Shown here: positions 59,643-64,000 of the stretch, one piece after another | Numbering within the stretch: the stretch's first letter is position 1 | How the letters are laid out: each line of letters opens with the position of its first letter | NCBI GenBank assembly: GCA_010093995.1 | Contig: ML992508.1 | Coordinates: forward strand, 902,506-966,505 | DNA from: Elsinoe ampelina | Taxonomy: Eukaryota | DNA length: 64,000 nt | Direction: 5' to 3' | Program-made: the position numbers and the translations under genes | The notes under the pieces: model-generated | Databases searched by the model: none | What the model was told of the DNA's origin: nothing | The model's input: only the letters and a program-made list of their open reading frames with translations

Positions 59643-62085
59643 TCAATCGTCGTCGATTTCCATGATCACAGGCTCGCTCTGGCGTCTTGGTCCCTCTTTG
59701 CGCTCTTCCGATTCTTTGATCTTCCAATTCCCCTTGTCGTCCACGGTGATAGCTCTGGTGTCAAGCTTACCTCTCGCCTCCAGCTCCTTTCTCACTTCCA
59801 TCAAGAATCCGTCCAGCACAAGCTCCCCTGGTCTCGCGTCCACTCCGCAGATTGGGCACTTCATCTGCTCAGCAATTCCAAAATCTCCATGCGATAGTCT
59901 TGATTCAAGAAAGGTCCGGAGGTCGAATGGCTGATCGTGCTTACACCCCTTACTCCTGGCCGGAAGGTCAAAGATCCTGCTGTTGCTGAATGGGTCGGTC
60001 AGAGTGATGCTGATCTTGGGATCGACCATGACAAGCTCGTCGTCCTCGGCAGGTTTGAGACGTCTTTGAATACCAGTGATGATGTTGGAGGCAGGTATAG
60101 CCTGTTTTGCGGCGCACCCTGCGATGACAGCCTCAATTGGGACTGCCGAGAGGACTTCCACTGCAAAGGCCACCTGGAGCGGGTCTCGGAGTTTGCCTTC
60201 CAGGTTCAACTGAAAAACAACTGTATTGAAACCCGGGTGGATTATTTCCGTGAGATCATAAGGACGAACTTTCTCCTTTTTCGTGTGGGGCAACTCCAGC
60301 ATGTGATCGTTCACGGAGATGTAAGCCCATGTAGGTAGAATGGACGGTTGCGATAGCCATGTGCTGGTCGTGAAAACCTGATCCCCAAGTGCTTTACACA
60401 TGCGGAGTCGAAAGGAGCAGGAACGACCTGTGAAATGAAGCTGATGGCGGTGACCCTCCCCCTTGGGACTTTTCTTCTCGGCCAGCGACAGGAATTCCTC
60501 TTCAGGGACAAAGAAGCTGAACGTCTGCTTGGCCGGTTTCACGGGAAGATGCACCGGACCAAGTCTAATGCTGCTGACGAAAAGTGTCACATCCGGACCT
60601 TTCACAAAGGTTGGCGCCATGATGTTTGGCCGGAATGAGCCAGGCCGGTAGCGACTTTTGCCGTGCTTGTCGAAGATGTGTGGTGTGATTGCGGAGAATT
60701 TGTTGTTGTTGATGAGAATGTTGTCGATGAGAAAAGCAGAAGTCGCTCTTGCGTCTTTGTGAAGGAGGAGAATATGAATTCGCAGGTAGGCGTCACATGC
60801 CTCCTTCCCATTTAGTGGCCTATGTGAATGCAGTCGGTCTTGGCTGTGAACGAACATGCCCTTCGCTTCCTCACTGACCTCGTCACTTACTTCCATTTTG
60901 CGCATGATCTCACCAAACATCGCCCTCTGGAGAAGTCTCGAAGTTATGCCAAAATTTCTGGCGAGATCTTGTGCTAAAGGCAGGACCTTGAGCTGCATGC
61001 AGGAGAGGATAAAAGATTGCCAAGAAGACTGAAGTCGATCTGCACATTCTTCAATGTGGTATTTGATTTTGTCCCAGCTGCTGACCGAGGCGAGCGCTGC
61101 AGCGGTGCCGCCGACCTCAGTGCTCACTTCTAGTCCGCCATGGACTGGGAAATCGCGGCAGAACTCGTCCATTTTCGGCGTCAAATCTTCTGATCCCAGA
61201 GAGAACGCTCCAAGACGAGATACGGATGTATGGAACCTTGTGGTGCTTCCCTCGGACTGTTTCGCTACCTGACACACTGCCTGAATCTGCGGATGGTCAA
61301 TTATGTTTGGGGGGCGAAACAGCGGTTGCACCTACCAGTATGAGAAAGTAGTAATCTTGGAATTGTACGGCTTCCTCAATCAGCGCCAACCTGTGTCCAT
61401 CTGGTGAATCGACATCCTTGAGGTCGACAGTACCATCTGATGCTATCGATGTCTTTACCTCTTCGACACTTGCCACTAGTGATCGTCGCAGGGATGGCGG
61501 TACCCATCTTTTGCGAGAAATGATAGAGCCTGCAGCCGGAATGCTATCGGCGGCAAGGTCTTTCAGAAGCGACACTCGCGCATCTAGTGGTGGAAGAGTC
61601 TCCGATATGTGTGTAACGCTGCTTGACTGGGGCACAGTCCTTTCATTGGCATGTTCGATGGGCTCATTGGTTTGCGTAAGTGAGCCTTCCTGGCCAGAGA
61701 AGCTGTCGGGCTCTGCTGGAACGGGAACTCTCTGCTCAACAGGCTGGTTCAATGTGTTGGTATCGAGCTGATCGTTGGCGACCGCGTATTGTGCGGCCAC
61801 TGGAGGTGCCACCCTCTGAGGCGGAGTCTCATCCAATATAGTGTCCGGAAGCTGTAACGGATCATTTTCGACGGCAATACTTGCAGTAGACGAAGGTCGA
61901 CCACGCCGTCGAGGACTGCGCCGCACAGTGGATTCAGCATCTCCGGTGGGCTGCTCCGGTTGAGCTGACGATTCACCAGTCATCCATGGTCTGTGTTGTA
62001 GCAAGGCTCCTAGGGCACGCCGGGTCATGACATTCGCTCGAGCGACCTCGTTCGAAGTTGGGGCTGGTCGTTTGGAGACGGCCAT
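59643..62085 (-). CDS. MIZ/SP-RING zinc-finger protein (putative SUMO E3); intron 61287-61335
   Basis: ISITLTDPFS...LPARSKGCKHDQPFDLRTFL...MKCPICG...LVLDGFL. The intron joins the two ORFs in frame. Confidence 0.85.
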
Positions 62086-63142
62086 GATGAAGATGCATTT
62101 GATATGTCAAGTAGTCTTTGTTTGCGCCTCGCAGGCCGACTGTAAGCTGTGTTCATGACCAAAATGTTTATACCACTCTGCGGTAGAATTCGCTCTAGCG
62201 TAGAGGACTATCGTCAGTGGAACAGGTCAATAGCGACAAAGGACGCGGAATAGATGTGAATGGAGCAGTCCTCCAGGAAGGGTAATGGCAAACGCTGATT
62301 GGCTGGAGGCAATGACCTCATGTGCTTGTGCAAACAATCACCAAACAATCTACCTCCGAACGTACTGGCCGGGCATGGACCGGTTCTGTGTGGTCTTGAT
62401 CAGGAAATGATATCTAGCATTTAATAATGGTCCCAGCGAATCCAAATACAGAGAAATGCCCGACAGCATGATCCAGTGCGAAGGGCCACTATTGCCGGGA
62501 TTCGGCACACGCGGTGGCGGCCACGAGGGTCTCCAAATTTACGCCGTCACTTTTTGCCATCTTATCTATCTCCAACGATTGCCAGATGTTTCACGATCAA
62601 AGACCATTCTCGCTCGATAGATGTCGAAGGTTGTTGGTTCTGTACCGCCCTTGCGCTGCATTCGACACCGATCCCGCTGTCCAGGTCGCCCGTAGCCAAC
62701 AACCATCAGACAAATCCTGTATCCCCATATCGCTGCTAAAACGCGACGTCCAGCCAATGCAACAAACAAAGATGAAAAAGCAATACCGACAAGCAAGTCG
62801 CAAGCATTGTGGCGGAAGCTTGACCGCGTCCCACAGCGCCGATCATGCTGGGGACATGCCACGAGGGGTCCTTCCACCTGCCGCTTTAGGCTATCTCCAA
62901 GGATCCTACCCCTCGGACCATGAGATTGATGGTAAATCGGCACGATATCTTTGTTACCAACAGCGTTGTGTCGCGTGCTTTGGTCGGTCCTCATGCTACA
63001 GCAACGACTATTCCCGACCATGATAGGCATTGCTCTCGGTACATCCTTGCCGCCAGAGGATTGCATTCCAGTGAGTCGGTATATAGGTCATGTATATCCC
63101 TAAGTATATTTCAGCAGGTCGTCTCATACACAATACTTCATC

Positions 63143-64000
63143 ATGTCTGAACAGGACGAAAAACATGCTACCAAGGCCAATGATGCCATCACACCAACCC
63201 GATCCAATCCGGCAGACATTGAGGTCGCAGAAATCAAGTCGATCTCCCTAAGGGATGCTGATGAGGCTTTCGGTTTCCTCACGAACCATCCCAATGCCGC
63301 CGAGATCGCTGAGCAAGGGCAAGCGATTCTGGATGACCCGGTCCTCCACGCAAAGCTCCTACGCAAGATAGACTGGACCATCTGTCCCCTGCTAGCAGCG
63401 ACGTACTTCTTACAATTTCTGGACAAGACGACATTGAGCTATACGGCAATCATGGGAATAAGAAAGGATACAAATCTCGTCGGCCAAGATTACTCAAACC
63501 TGTCCATGCTCTTCTATATTGGTTTGTCATATCTTTGTTCACACTACGACCCTGACTGACACTGTCCAGGCTTCCTGGCCACCGAATTTCCCACTCAATA
63601 CCTCGCTCAGAAGGTTGCTAGGTACTCGTTCTACCTAAGTGGCAATATCATGATATGGGGTGCAGTCTTGATGTCGCACGCAGCTTGTTCCTCATTCGCC
63701 GGCCTTGCTATCTGCCGCACCCTCCTCGGCGTATTCGAGTCGCCGGTGGCACCAATACTCGTTCTATTGATTTCGATGTTTTACCGTAAGGAAGAGCAAG
63801 GTCGGCGCATCTCGTTCTTCTACGTCATGAACTCCTTTACCCAAATTGTCGGCGGAGCTGTAGCGTACGGGGCCTCCTTCGCAACCTCCAAATTCGCCTC
63901 CTGGCGGATCTTCTTCCTCGCCATCGGTGCCCTCACCGTCGTCGTCGGCGGCATTATCGGGCTCCTCCTTCCTGACTCCCCCGTCAAAGCCAAACGCTTC
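63143..64000 (+). CDS. MFS allantoate permease (Dal5-like), runs off the window end; intron 63522-63569
   Basis: LLRKIDWTICPLL, QFLDKTTLSY, MFYRKEEQGRR, SWRIFFL and LPDSPVKAKRF. Confidence 0.9.

Overview
Eukaryotic DNA from a filamentous ascomycete: short GT-AG introns with CTRAY branch points and typical Pezizomycotina genes. Dothideomycetes is a tentative guess. The flanks hold mostly ordinary genes: a C2H2/fungal-TF regulator, an MFS sugar porter with an in-frame TAG, an aminotransferase, a Cps1-like GT2, an AA5_2 copper radical oxidase, ATP synthase subunit g, an APH-like kinase, ACR3 next to a bZIP, ROK1, an L-rhamnose-dehydrogenase-like SDR, a MIF-domain protein, a Boi1/2 scaffold, an SP-RING protein and an allantoate permease. 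The standout is a ~16.5 kb head-to-tail array (33434-49990, all + strand) of 19 highly diverged micro-genes. They share the pattern M-C-x11-12-C-x-H-x12-14-C-x2-A-x6-C-x15-18-C-x2-C, followed by a variable Arg/Glu/Lys-rich tail. In 15 copies that tail is on a second exon behind a short phase-0 intron. The proteins have no signal peptide and probably bind zinc. Several copies are decaying through frameshifts, stops or ligand loss, and a pair of Gly-rich secreted-type paralogs interrupts the array. All gene models were read by eye and no database search was run.
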